Assembly: GCA_964519005.1 (NCBI GenBank)
Contig: CAZFLO010000003.1
Span: 1-37,612 of the forward strand
Direction of reading: 5' to 3'
Source: Candidatus Woesearchaeota archaeon
GTDB taxonomy: Archaea; Nanobdellota; Nanobdellia; Pacearchaeales; GW2011-AR1
Length of the DNA: 37,612 nucleotides
Made by a program: the position numbers and the translations under genes. Under the pieces are notes generated by a model, which worked only from the letters and a program-made list of their open reading frames with translations, did no database searches and was not told where the DNA came from. Positions 9,082 through 17,783 of this stretch are shown here, piece by piece. Numbering within the stretch: position 1 is the first letter of the stretch; each line of letters begins with the position of its first letter.

Positions 9082-9533
9082 TCTTCAATCTCCAAATCTT
9101 TATACATTAAATTAGCAATATTTCCCTTCCCCCCGTAAGAAACAATCATATTGCTCCCTGTATCAAAAACATCCAGCCCAACTCCACCCAGATCATAATA
9201 TTTTTCATTTCTTTGTTTTTGTATTAATTTTTTCTGTATATCAAAACCTTCTCCACAATCTTCAAACTGAAACACATATCCAAAATACCCTGCCCCTATC
9301 TTTAAATGATATGGCAATTCTGGATCTTTTTTATTTCCATGCATTCCTGCATTAAGTTCAAGTTCTCCAAAAGGGTATTCTAAATTTTTACCTACATCTC
9401 CATCACACAAATAATGGGGAAATTCTTCAATAGAATTCATAAATTTCACAAGATTAAGTTTATACATCTTATCCCGATTACAATATTCAAACATTTCAGG
9501 ATTCCCATTAGGACTAATCACTTTATTGAACAA
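9078..9533 (-). CDS. Hypothetical protein
   Basis: 151-aa ORF starting at a TTG. The first ATG is at 9494. Translationally coupled to 8497-9081. No domain recognised. Confidence 0.45.
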   Translation of the reverse strand: MFNKVISPNGNPEMFEYCNRDKMYKLNLVKFMNSIEEFPHYLCDGDVGKNLEYPFGELELNAGMHGNKKDPELPYHLKIGAGYFGYVFQFEDCGEGFDIQKKLIQKQRNEKYYDLGGVGLDVFDTGSNMIVSYGGKGNIANLMYKDLEIEE

Positions 9534-9588
9534 ATAATGAGTAATCCAATTTCTTCCTTCATATTTTCAAATGTTTTATCTAAACTTA

Positions 9589-10206
9589 TCATTTTAAATC
9601 ATGAACTCCCTTAAATTTCCAATCATCTGAGTCAATAAAAACAAATTCGTTTCTACTTTGTGACCAAATAAAATTTCCTGGCTTAATATCATTATCCTGA
9701 TAAACCCCAATCAAACAGGCTTCCATATCTTTTCTTTTCTTTAAATAAATCTGAAGATCATTATTTAGATTTGTTCCCTGATATCCACCTAAACCAACAG
9801 TATTTTTCAAATCTTCCATCACAATTGCAGGATTTAATTTTCCACTTTCATTATCTTTAACTAAATAAAACCCATTTAATTTGGGTATTGTCCACCCCAT
9901 CGCTTCCCCTACTTTAAAATTTACAAAACCCTTTCTAGCAAAAGAAAAAGCCTCAGTTAAATCTCTCAATGATTTAAACCTATTTACATACACCTTCGCA
10001 CCATCTCCCCCACCAATGGAATAAAAATGACCATCTTTTCCAGCTGTCAAATAATTTTCTTTATCAAAATCAAACTCTCCTTCAACTTTCAAACCATCAA
10101 TTCGTTTAGGAGTAGCCTTATCAATTTCACGATAAAGCCTACTAACATTAACTCCCTCTTTCACAAAATCTGTTTTTAATCTGGGATTTTTATCTAAACT
10201 TATCAT
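9589..10206 (-). CDS. Minimal protein-kinase-like protein (paralog A)
   Basis: 205 aa. Hinge-like IVMEDL, catalytic-loop-like DNDIKPGNFIW (D-x-K-x-x-N) and DFG-like FIDSDD, with only ~12 aa after it. TATA-like ctataaaaa is 25 nt upstream of the ATG. Confidence 0.55.
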   Translation of the reverse strand: MISLDKNPRLKTDFVKEGVNVSRLYREIDKATPKRIDGLKVEGEFDFDKENYLTAGKDGHFYSIGGGDGAKVYVNRFKSLRDLTEAFSFARKGFVNFKVGEAMGWTIPKLNGFYLVKDNESGKLNPAIVMEDLKNTVGLGGYQGTNLNNDLQIYLKKRKDMEACLIGVYQDNDIKPGNFIWSQSRNEFVFIDSDDWKFKGVHDLK

Positions 10207-10355
10207 GTTACTTTAAGGCAAAAACACTATAAAAACCTTTCTTTTTGTCACCACTCCCTAGAAACAACAAAGAAAACCCCCAATTACTAAAATATTAAAA
10301 ACCCCCACCTTTTCTTCTTTTATTATGAAAAAACACTAAAAAATTAACAAACAAA

Positions 10356-10871
10356 ATGGTAAATAAAAAAACAATAAAAAAAATAAGAGATAATTTGGGA
10401 TTAACAGAATATCACAAAATAGGCCCAGATCAAAAAAGAGAAGTTTATTACGGAAAATCAAATTTGATAAAAATGGTTAGAACAAATGGAATAAATCATA
10501 CTAATTCAAACTCACAAACTCCCCTCCTTGGTACAACTAGTTTAGGACCCTGCATAGCAATAATAGGATATAATCCAAAAACAAAAACCGCATTTATCTC
10601 TCACAATGTTGAACACAATCCTCCCGAAAAAATAAATAACCCTTTAATTGAAAAAATAGGAAAAAATAATCTGGAAATATATTTAGTAGGGAACAATATC
10701 AGAAAAAACCACGAGGAAAAATTAATTGAATATCTAAAATCAGAACTAACTAATTCAAAAATTGTTTACAAAGATACAGAGAGAATTCCAGATCCAAAAG
10801 GATTAGGAAAATCAGTTATTCTAGATACTAGAAATGGAAAAATTTATTCTCACAGTGGAATAATGGAATAA
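10356..10871 (+). CDS. CheD-like Cys-His hydrolase/deamidase-fold protein
   Basis: 171 aa. TTSLGPCIAIIGYNPKTKTAFISH parallels the CheD motif LGLGSCVAV...P..K.G.MAH. ILDTRNGKIY resembles the CheD C-terminal strand. Confidence 0.4.
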   Translation: MVNKKTIKKIRDNLGLTEYHKIGPDQKREVYYGKSNLIKMVRTNGINHTNSNSQTPLLGTTSLGPCIAIIGYNPKTKTAFISHNVEHNPPEKINNPLIEKIGKNNLEIYLVGNNIRKNHEEKLIEYLKSELTNSKIVYKDTERIPDPKGLGKSVILDTRNGKIYSHSGIME

Positions 10872-10919
10872 TGGTTTTGATCCCAAAACTCATAAAAACC
10901 CTCCACTCCTTTTTTCCAT

Positions 10920-11951
10920 ATGACAAAAAAACAAAGAAAAATCCCAGATCCAAAACCTCTCTTTGTTGAAAGAATAAATAAAATTCTAACAGACAAAAAA
11001 GACAATCAAGCATATTGGGAAATATTAAAAAAAACCCCAGTTGATTCAATAAGATGTAATACATTAAAAATTTCCCCCGAGAATCTAATTAAAAAATTAA
11101 ATTCTCTTGGATGGATAATTTCCCAACCTTGGGAAAAAAATCCAGAAATAATGATTATTGAAGGGAAAAAACCGACAAATCATCCAAAAGAAATAATTAA
11201 TGAAAAAGATTTAGCAAAATTATTCCCGGGAGAAATAGGGAGAACAATGGAACATTTACTAGGTTATTATTATGTTCAAGAACTCTCTTCAATGCTTCCA
11301 ATTATTGCTCTCACCCCAAATGAAGAAGATGAAGTTCTAGATCTTTGTGCTGCTCCAGGAAGCAAGACAACTCAAGCAGCTGCAAAAATGAATAATAAAG
11401 GGAACATAATTGCAAATGAAATTTCCTTAGAAAGAATGAGAATATTGGCCTCAAACCTAGAAAGATGTGGAGTCACAAATACGGTAATTACCAGAAAAGA
11501 AGGCAGGGCCCTTTGTTTAAACTTGGAAACAGAAAAAATTAAATTTGATAAAATTTATGTCGATGCACCCTGCTCTGGAGAAGGAACCTTAAGAAGCACC
11601 CCAAAAACATATCTAATGTGGAATATTAAAACAATAAAATATCTCTCTAAATTACAAAAACAATTGTTTCGACAAGCATTCAATCAACTAAAAATTGGAG
11701 GAGAAATGATATATTCTACTTGCACCCATGCTCCTGAAGAAAACGAAGAAATTGTTGACGCTATGCTAAAAGAATTTGAAAATAAAATTGAAATCATTAA
11801 ACCTGAACTTCCAATTAATACTCGAGAAGGAATGACAGAATGGGAAGGAAAAAAATATGATGAACGTGTTAAACTTGCTCAGAGAATTTATCCACAAGAC
11901 AATAACACAGAAGGTTTTTTTGTTTCAAAATTTAGAAGGGTTAAAGAATGA
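10920..11951 (+). CDS. NOL1/NOP2/Sun-family RNA m5C methyltransferase
   Basis: 343 aa. Motif I DLCAAPGSKT, motif IV DAPCSGEG, motif VI YSTCT. TATA-like ctcataaaaac is 26 nt upstream. Confidence 0.88.
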   Translation: MTKKQRKIPDPKPLFVERINKILTDKKDNQAYWEILKKTPVDSIRCNTLKISPENLIKKLNSLGWIISQPWEKNPEIMIIEGKKPTNHPKEIINEKDLAKLFPGEIGRTMEHLLGYYYVQELSSMLPIIALTPNEEDEVLDLCAAPGSKTTQAAAKMNNKGNIIANEISLERMRILASNLERCGVTNTVITRKEGRALCLNLETEKIKFDKIYVDAPCSGEGTLRSTPKTYLMWNIKTIKYLSKLQKQLFRQAFNQLKIGGEMIYSTCTHAPEENEEIVDAMLKEFENKIEIIKPELPINTREGMTEWEGKKYDERVKLAQRIYPQDNNTEGFFVSKFRRVKE

Positions 11952-12433
11952 AATACAATCCAAACTCCCTAATAATTTTATCAGAAAAAGAAAAGACAAG
12001 AATAATAAATAAACTAAATTCACAATTTGGAATCACAGAAATTCCCGGATCATTAATAAAAAAGGGAAAAGAAAAAATTTTCTTATACACTGGAAATTTA
12101 GGAAAAGAGGAATTGTTAAAATTAGACAAAATAACTTTTGTTGAAAAAGCCGGAGTTTATTTGGCAAAAGAAGAAGGCGAAAATATTCGGCTTTCAATTG
12201 AAGGTTCCCAAATATTAAAAGATCAAATGACAAAAAATGTTATTGAATTAACAGAAGAACAATCTCAAACTTGGATGATGGGACATGAAGTAGAAATAAA
12301 ATCTGGCCTAAAAGGATTAGTCGCAATGAAATATGGGCAAGACATGCTCGGAACTGGAAAAGCTAGTGAAGAAAAAATTACAAATTTTATTCCAAAAAGC
12401 AGAAGATTAAAAGACAAAACTATTTTAGAATAA
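11948..12433 (+). CDS. nip7: NIP7-like pre-PUA/PUA protein (UPF0113)
   Basis: 161 aa. ATGA overlap with the Nop2-like gene. C-terminal GLKGLVAMKYGQDMLGTGKA fits a PUA-type pattern. Size and layout match archaeal Nip7. Confidence 0.5.
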   Translation: MKYNPNSLIILSEKEKTRIINKLNSQFGITEIPGSLIKKGKEKIFLYTGNLGKEELLKLDKITFVEKAGVYLAKEEGENIRLSIEGSQILKDQMTKNVIELTEEQSQTWMMGHEVEIKSGLKGLVAMKYGQDMLGTGKASEEKITNFIPKSRRLKDKTILE

Positions 12434-12486
12434 ATTTCTTTTCCCATGCCCCCTCCAGATTTTGAATTATTTTCGAGGAAAAATCT

Positions 12487-12533
12487 GAGATTTCATTTAG
12501 CCGCGTACGACCGTACGTAAGAAATTAAATCTC
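12487..12533. other. Intergenic nested hairpin between convergent genes
   Basis: gagatttcattt (12487-12498) pairs with aaattaaatctc (12522-12533) at 11 of 12 positions. The inner cgtacg..cgtacg forms a second stem. Confidence 0.5.
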
Positions 12534-12559
12534 TGCATTTTAACCGAAAAGAAGCAAAA

Positions 12560-12661
12560 TCATTCTTCTTCTTCAACACACCCTTCACACAACCCACTAT
12601 CGTCTTCTGAATTCTCATCATACCAGTACCCACATTTTTTACATTTATCAAATCCCGCCAT
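12560..12661 (-). CDS. 33-aa zinc-ribbon mini-protein (not in ORF track)
   Basis: Hand translation gives MAGFDKCKKCGYWYDENSEDDSGLCEGCVEEEE-stop. CxxC...CxxC pattern and an acidic tail. Confidence 0.4.
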   Translation of the reverse strand: MAGFDKCKKCGYWYDENSEDDSGLCEGCVEEEE

Positions 12662-12744
12662 TTTTACTCCAAAATTATACTAAAAAACCAGGATTCTGTA
12701 ATTTAAATAATTAACTTTATAACCAACAATACTTTTTTAAAAAA

Positions 12745-13629
12745 ATGGATAAGGAAAAAATTATCAAAGCAGGAGAAATTGCAAAAGAAATAAAATTATG
12801 GATTAAACCTCAGATAAAAAAAGGAATGTTACTTTTAGAAATAGCCGAATTAATTGAAAATAAAATTTATGAAATGGGTGGAGAACCAGCATTCCCAGTA
12901 AATCTTTCAATTAATGAAATAGCTGCACACTATACTCCCTCGATGAACGATGAAACAATAGCAGAAGGATTATTAAAAGTTGATTTTGGTGCTGAAATAG
13001 GGGGATGGATTTCTGATACAGCATTTACAATTGATCTAGAAGGAACAGAATTAAACAAAAAATTAATCGAAGCTTCAAAAACTGCATTGACAAATATAGA
13101 AGAAAACATATCTTCAAAAATAACTCTGGGAGACATGGGAAAAATAGTTGAAAATACAATAAACTCTTTTGGATTCAACCCCATAGCAAATCTTTCTGGG
13201 CATTCACTAGAACAATATGATTTGCATGCAGGAGTCACAATTCCAAATGTGGCAAACAATTCTGATTATACTTTAGGAGAAGGCCATTATGCTGTAGAAC
13301 CTTTTGCAACAAACGGAAATGGAAAAGTTCATGACGGAAAAAAAGGAAATATTTATGCCCTACTAGGAGAACAAACAGTTCGAAGTCCAGCTGCAAGAGA
13401 AGTTCTAAATTTCATAAGAGAAAATTACGGATACCTCCCATTTGCGGGAAGATGGATAATCAAAGAATTCCAAACAAAAGGAATCATCGGACTTCGTCAA
13501 TTAGAACACGAAGGAATTCTCCACCATTATCCAGTATTAACCGAAGAGAAAGGAAAACTAGTTTCCCAAGCAGAAAATACTTTTCTAGTCGAAAAAGAAA
13601 AAGTTATAATTACAACTAAGGAAGATTAA
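12745..13629 (+). CDS. map: Methionine aminopeptidase, type 2
   Basis: 294 aa. AFPVNLSINEIAAHYTP, DFGAEIGGWISDTAFT, SGHSLEQYDLHAG, AVEPFATNG and AENTFLV metal-ligand blocks. TATA-like box is 26 nt upstream. Confidence 0.92.
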   Translation: MDKEKIIKAGEIAKEIKLWIKPQIKKGMLLLEIAELIENKIYEMGGEPAFPVNLSINEIAAHYTPSMNDETIAEGLLKVDFGAEIGGWISDTAFTIDLEGTELNKKLIEASKTALTNIEENISSKITLGDMGKIVENTINSFGFNPIANLSGHSLEQYDLHAGVTIPNVANNSDYTLGEGHYAVEPFATNGNGKVHDGKKGNIYALLGEQTVRSPAAREVLNFIRENYGYLPFAGRWIIKEFQTKGIIGLRQLEHEGILHHYPVLTEEKGKLVSQAENTFLVEKEKVIITTKED

Positions 13630-14129
13630 TTGATTCCATTATCAACTTTCAATTTTCCAGCATCACACATACGGGTTCTTCCATCTTTCCACATAGCATT
13701 TTTATTATTACGATCTTGCATAATAAATCCTATGTCTTTTGCTGTAGATTTTTGTTCATCATATTGTCGATTAGCTTCTTTCAAAACTTCTCCTTCCAAA
13801 TCTTCTAAACAAGTGTCCCCCAAATCTTCCATAACTAAACCGGGAAAATACGCTCCACTCTCTTTCCCTTTTATCGCATAAATTCCTTTTACTTCTGGAA
13901 AAGAAAGATCCATTTTATTTGCAAATGTTTGTACCTTCGCTTCCCTGTGAAGTGTAACATTTATTCTCTCATTATTAAGTAAGTTACCCCCACCATATTT
14001 ATCATATGGAATTTTCACAACATTTCCATCATCCAATCTATAAATTTTTCCAAAATATCCACTATCATTGGATTCGGATTCTTTGATCTCATACTTTCTT
14101 TCAAGTTGTTCTAAAGGTTTAAATCTCAT
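13626..14129 (-). CDS. Minimal protein-kinase-like protein (paralog B)
   Basis: The track ORF starts at a TTG (14144). The ATG is at 14129, with a TATA-like box 24 nt upstream. G-loop/Lys-like SGYFGKIYRLDDGNVVKI, LVMEDL, DRNNKNAMW and CDAG. Aligns with 9589-10206 (FPEVKGIYAIKGKESG..PGLVMEDL vs IPKLNGFYLVKDNESG..PAIVMEDL). Confidence 0.55.
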   Translation of the reverse strand: MRFKPLEQLERKYEIKESESNDSGYFGKIYRLDDGNVVKIPYDKYGGGNLLNNERINVTLHREAKVQTFANKMDLSFPEVKGIYAIKGKESGAYFPGLVMEDLGDTCLEDLEGEVLKEANRQYDEQKSTAKDIGFIMQDRNNKNAMWKDGRTRMCDAGKLKVDNGIN

Positions 14130-14241
14130 ATAAAATAGAGTCAAAACTATTATTTAAACCTTTCCATTTGTCACTACTGGACAATAACACAAGAATCAAA
14201 AAAAGAAATCATTGGGTTTCATCAATTACAACTAAAGAAGA

Positions 14242-14853
14242 TTAAAATTTCTTTACAAAAATTCCTCTTTTCTCATCAAACTCGAATCCCTGTCTCTTAG
14301 CGGGAATATCATATTGCCTTTTTTTAGTATTTTGAAAATTCACCCTAACAGGATCCCAGTAATTTCTTTCATAGGGTAAAACCCACAATTCAGAAATATC
14401 CAATTCCTTAAAATCCTCATACAAAACATTCAAAAATAAATCCGAATATCGTATCTTTCTTAATGCAACTTTTTCATCTTTAAAACCTTGAATCTGTTTT
14501 ACTAACATAGAATTGGGCCTAGGTTCAAAACTACAAATTGCAATTGGATGTATTCCTTCCTTTAGCACATACGCATAAGATGAATCAGAAAATCTATTTT
14601 CATTACCTGGAAGAAATCCTTCCCCAAAATGTCTCCCAATAGAAAAATCAGAAACATCAGCCTTTTTTAATTTAGCAAAATTTGAATAATCAATTCCTAA
14701 ATCAACTTCTTCCTTAACAAAACCATTTAATTTTTCAGATAATTTTTTAGAATCTTTTCTTAAAATAATCTTCACATCTTCTTCCACCAATTGAACACGA
14801 TTTCCATACCAGAAACAAGTCTCCACGGGATAATCCAAATCATACTCTGCCAT
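14242..14853 (-). CDS. Hypothetical protein (possibly GNAT-like, very uncertain)
   Basis: 203-aa ORF with a TATA-like box 27 nt upstream. IAICSFEP...MLVKQIQGFKDEK only vaguely recalls the GNAT beta4-alpha3 region. Confidence 0.5.
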   Translation of the reverse strand: MAEYDLDYPVETCFWYGNRVQLVEEDVKIILRKDSKKLSEKLNGFVKEEVDLGIDYSNFAKLKKADVSDFSIGRHFGEGFLPGNENRFSDSSYAYVLKEGIHPIAICSFEPRPNSMLVKQIQGFKDEKVALRKIRYSDLFLNVLYEDFKELDISELWVLPYERNYWDPVRVNFQNTKKRQYDIPAKRQGFEFDEKRGIFVKKF

Positions 14854-14907
14854 AAAAATTTAAAATTAAATCATTATAAAAAAGTTACTATTCTTGAATT
14901 AATACAA

Positions 14908-17331
14908 TTATTTCTTCTCAATCTTCTTCTTCAACTTTTTCTCTCTAGCTTCAACCTCGCTAACCTTATCCTCAACCTTCTCCACATCTTTCTTAGGGAT
15001 CATTTTAGCAATATCCTCCATCGAAGGCATTCCAGACATTGAACCAGCCCTAGCCTTAACTTCATCATCTTTCTGCTTCTTCAAATATTCAAAAGCTTCT
15101 TCAAAATCTTTTTTAGTAATTCTAATCTTAGTCAAATCTTCTTCCTTATAATTTCTCTTAATAGAATTAATCCCTGCATTACGACAAACAGCCTCGATAT
15201 CAGCCCCAGTCCAATTTTCACTTTCCCTAGTCATCTTAACTAAATCAACATCTTTCTCCAAAGGCATTTTTGCAGTATGAACTTTGAAAATCTCTCCACG
15301 AGTTTCAAGATCAGGATTAAATAATTCTACATGAGAGTCAATTCTTCCAGGTCGCAAAATCGCAGGATCAATTAAATCTTTTCTGTTTGTAGCGGCAATA
15401 ATCATAACATTCTCTAAATCTTCAACTCCATCAAGTTCAGTCAACATCTGATTAATAACTTTTTCCGAAGAATCATTCCCCATTCCAGATCCACGAGATT
15501 TTGAAATAGAATCAAATTCGTCAAAGAAAATAATTGAAGGAGAAACTTGCTTGGCTTTCTTAAAAATTTCACGAACATGTTTTTCACTTTCTCCAACCCA
15601 TTTGGAAATTAATTCCGGTCCCTTAACTGAAATAAAATTAGCGTTAGATTCTGTTGCAACAGCCTTAGCAAGCAAAGTTTTCCCAGTTCCAGGAGGCCCA
15701 AATAATAAAACCCCCTTGGAGGGTTTGATTCCAGCAGCAACATACAAATCAGGGCGTAGCAAAGGCAATTCAACTAATTCACGCAATTTATCTTTAGCAT
15801 CTTGAAGCCCACCAATATCAGTCCATTTTATATTGGGTTTCTTAATTAAAACTTCACGCATTGCAGAAGGCTCAACCATTTTCATAGCATAAACAAAATC
15901 ATCTCTCTTAACAACTAAATTAGAAAGTACTTTTTCCCTTTTTTCCATAATCTCTTTTTCTTCTATGCTCAAAACTTCTCCTTCTTTCAAATTCTTGTCT
16001 TCAATACCCTGATTTTCCATGTCTTCAGCAAGACTCATGATATCTGCATAAAAAGGTTTAACCGAATGCAAAGCTGCTTCCTTCCCTAAAACTTCTAAAT
16101 CCGCGCCAGTAAAACCAATTGTCTTATTTGAAAATTCAGTTAAAATTGCTTCCTTATCTTCAAGAGGCATATTCCTCGTATGGATTTCCAAAATCTTCCG
16201 TCTACCTTCTTCCGTTGGAGGATTAATTCGGAGTTCACGATCAAATCTCCCGGGTCTCCTCAAAGCCTCGTCCAAGTCATCTGGTCGATTTGTCGCAGCC
16301 ATAACAACAACTTGTCCCCGACTCTTCAATCCATCCATCAAAGTCAATAATTGTGCAACAACTCTCTTCTCAGCCTGGTCACTACTTTCTCCACGCTTAG
16401 GAGCAATTGCATCAATCTCATCAATAAAAACAATAGCCGGAGCATTCTTTTGAGCTTCCTCAAATTTACCCCTTAAATTTTCTTCACTCCCCCCGTGATA
16501 TTTACTCATAATTTCTGGACCAGCAATAGAAATAAATTTTGCATCAGTTTCAGTTGCAACAGCCTTAGCAAGCAAAGTTTTCCCAGTTCCAGGGGGCCCA
16601 GTCAACAAAATTCCCTTTGGAGCACCAATTCCTAATTTCTCAAAAATTTTAGGATGCTTCATAGGAAACTCAACCATCTCACGAATCTTCGCTATTTCTT
16701 CGTCAAGCCCACCAACATCTTCATAATGAACATTCGCTCCACTCCCTTCTCCAACTGAATCTGAAATTGTAATTTTTGTTTTATCATTAACAATTCCAGT
16801 CTCTAAAGTTTTAGGCAAAATTTTTGAAATAACACAAACAATTTTCTCACCATTACTTAACGGCACACTTGTTCTCTGTCCAACAGAAACCGGAGCCCCA
16901 CTAAAAGCACTTCGAAAAATATGTTCATTCCGAGGATCTTTCAAACTAGGAATTACATTTTGTTTCATTTCTTCTTCGGGAACATTTTCATTTTCCAAAA
17001 CAGAAATTTCAATAGACCTAAGAGATTTAACTTCTACTTTGTTTTGAACCACAGTAACATTTTCTCCAAGGCTCATTCCTAAAACATGACGAGTTTCACC
17101 ATCAATTCCTATCTTCCCATCAAAAATATCATTCCCCCGAATTGCCCTAAAAATCATCTTTTTTGAATTTCCAACTTGAACCAAAGTTCCAGAAACAATT
17201 CCTAAATCTTCCATATCATTATTAGAAATAGAAACTAAATTTTTTCCTCGATATTCTTGCTTTGCTTCAACTACTTCTAAAATTAATTTTTTACCTCGAA
17301 GAGGTTCTCGTGACTTTTGGTTATCTTTCAT
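14908..17331 (-). CDS. cdc48: Cdc48/VAT-type AAA+ ATPase (two AAA domains), paralog 1
   Basis: 807 aa. Cdc48-N-like start, two [17 protein letters not shown] Walker A boxes, two DEID/DEFD Walker B boxes, pore loops SKYHGGSE and SKWVGESE. Lys-rich C-terminal tail. ATGA overlap with the upstream sHSP gene. Confidence 0.92.
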   Translation of the reverse strand: MKDNQKSREPLRGKKLILEVVEAKQEYRGKNLVSISNNDMEDLGIVSGTLVQVGNSKKMIFRAIRGNDIFDGKIGIDGETRHVLGMSLGENVTVVQNKVEVKSLRSIEISVLENENVPEEEMKQNVIPSLKDPRNEHIFRSAFSGAPVSVGQRTSVPLSNGEKIVCVISKILPKTLETGIVNDKTKITISDSVGEGSGANVHYEDVGGLDEEIAKIREMVEFPMKHPKIFEKLGIGAPKGILLTGPPGTGKTLLAKAVATETDAKFISIAGPEIMSKYHGGSEENLRGKFEEAQKNAPAIVFIDEIDAIAPKRGESSDQAEKRVVAQLLTLMDGLKSRGQVVVMAATNRPDDLDEALRRPGRFDRELRINPPTEEGRRKILEIHTRNMPLEDKEAILTEFSNKTIGFTGADLEVLGKEAALHSVKPFYADIMSLAEDMENQGIEDKNLKEGEVLSIEEKEIMEKREKVLSNLVVKRDDFVYAMKMVEPSAMREVLIKKPNIKWTDIGGLQDAKDKLRELVELPLLRPDLYVAAGIKPSKGVLLFGPPGTGKTLLAKAVATESNANFISVKGPELISKWVGESEKHVREIFKKAKQVSPSIIFFDEFDSISKSRGSGMGNDSSEKVINQMLTELDGVEDLENVMIIAATNRKDLIDPAILRPGRIDSHVELFNPDLETRGEIFKVHTAKMPLEKDVDLVKMTRESENWTGADIEAVCRNAGINSIKRNYKEEDLTKIRITKKDFEEAFEYLKKQKDDEVKARAGSMSGMPSMEDIAKMIPKKDVEKVEDKVSEVEAREKKLKKKIEKK

Positions 17332-17783
17332 TTTTTAAACGAAACCTCCAAAATACCATTTCTAAAATTTGACTCATAACCCTTTGGCCTAATTTCTTTA
17401 CTCAAAGGATAACTTCCAAGATGCTCTTTTCCATCTTTAACTTCCAAAACTTTCTTTCCCGTAGCAACTCTTTCGCCATAATCATTTTCAATAATTTCAT
17501 CTTTAATTTCCGCAAAAACATTTTCTTTTCCAGAAAAATCAAATACAAAATAAATTCTTTTCTTTGTTGAAATTTTATCCAAAAGAACTTTTCCAAAAAC
17601 ATCTCTTTGCATTCTCTTTGTTGTTTTTCTTTTTCCATCCGGACCCAAAGTCGTATATTCAACAGAACTGTTTTCCCCAGCTAAACGCTTAAACAAATCA
17701 TCTATTCCCCCACCAAAAAAATCATCTCCAAACATTTTAACCGAAGTAACTTCCCCCTTTATTCGAAATTGCTGTTTTAACAT
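17328..17783 (-). CDS. hsp20: Small heat-shock protein (Hsp20/alpha-crystallin-like)
   Basis: C-terminal [12 protein letters not shown] and [12 protein letters not shown] fit the alpha-crystallin domain pattern. An alternative ATG at 17735 would remove the 47-nt overlap with the upstream cdc48. Confidence 0.5.
   Translation of the reverse strand: MLKQQFRIKGEVTSVKMFGDDFFGGGIDDLFKRLAGENSSVEYTTLGPDGKRKTTKRMQRDVFGKVLLDKISTKKRIYFVFDFSGKENVFAEIKDEIIENDYGERVATGKKVLEVKDGKEHLGSYPLSKEIRPKGYESNFRNGILEVSFKK

Noticed and set aside
12930-13259. Minus-strand ORF of 109 aa.
   Set aside because: It is antisense to the methionine aminopeptidase gene.
13626-13629. TTAA shared by the convergent stop codons of map and mini-kinase B.
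   Set aside because: The overlap is real, but it is a trivial consequence of genome compaction and not a feature in itself.
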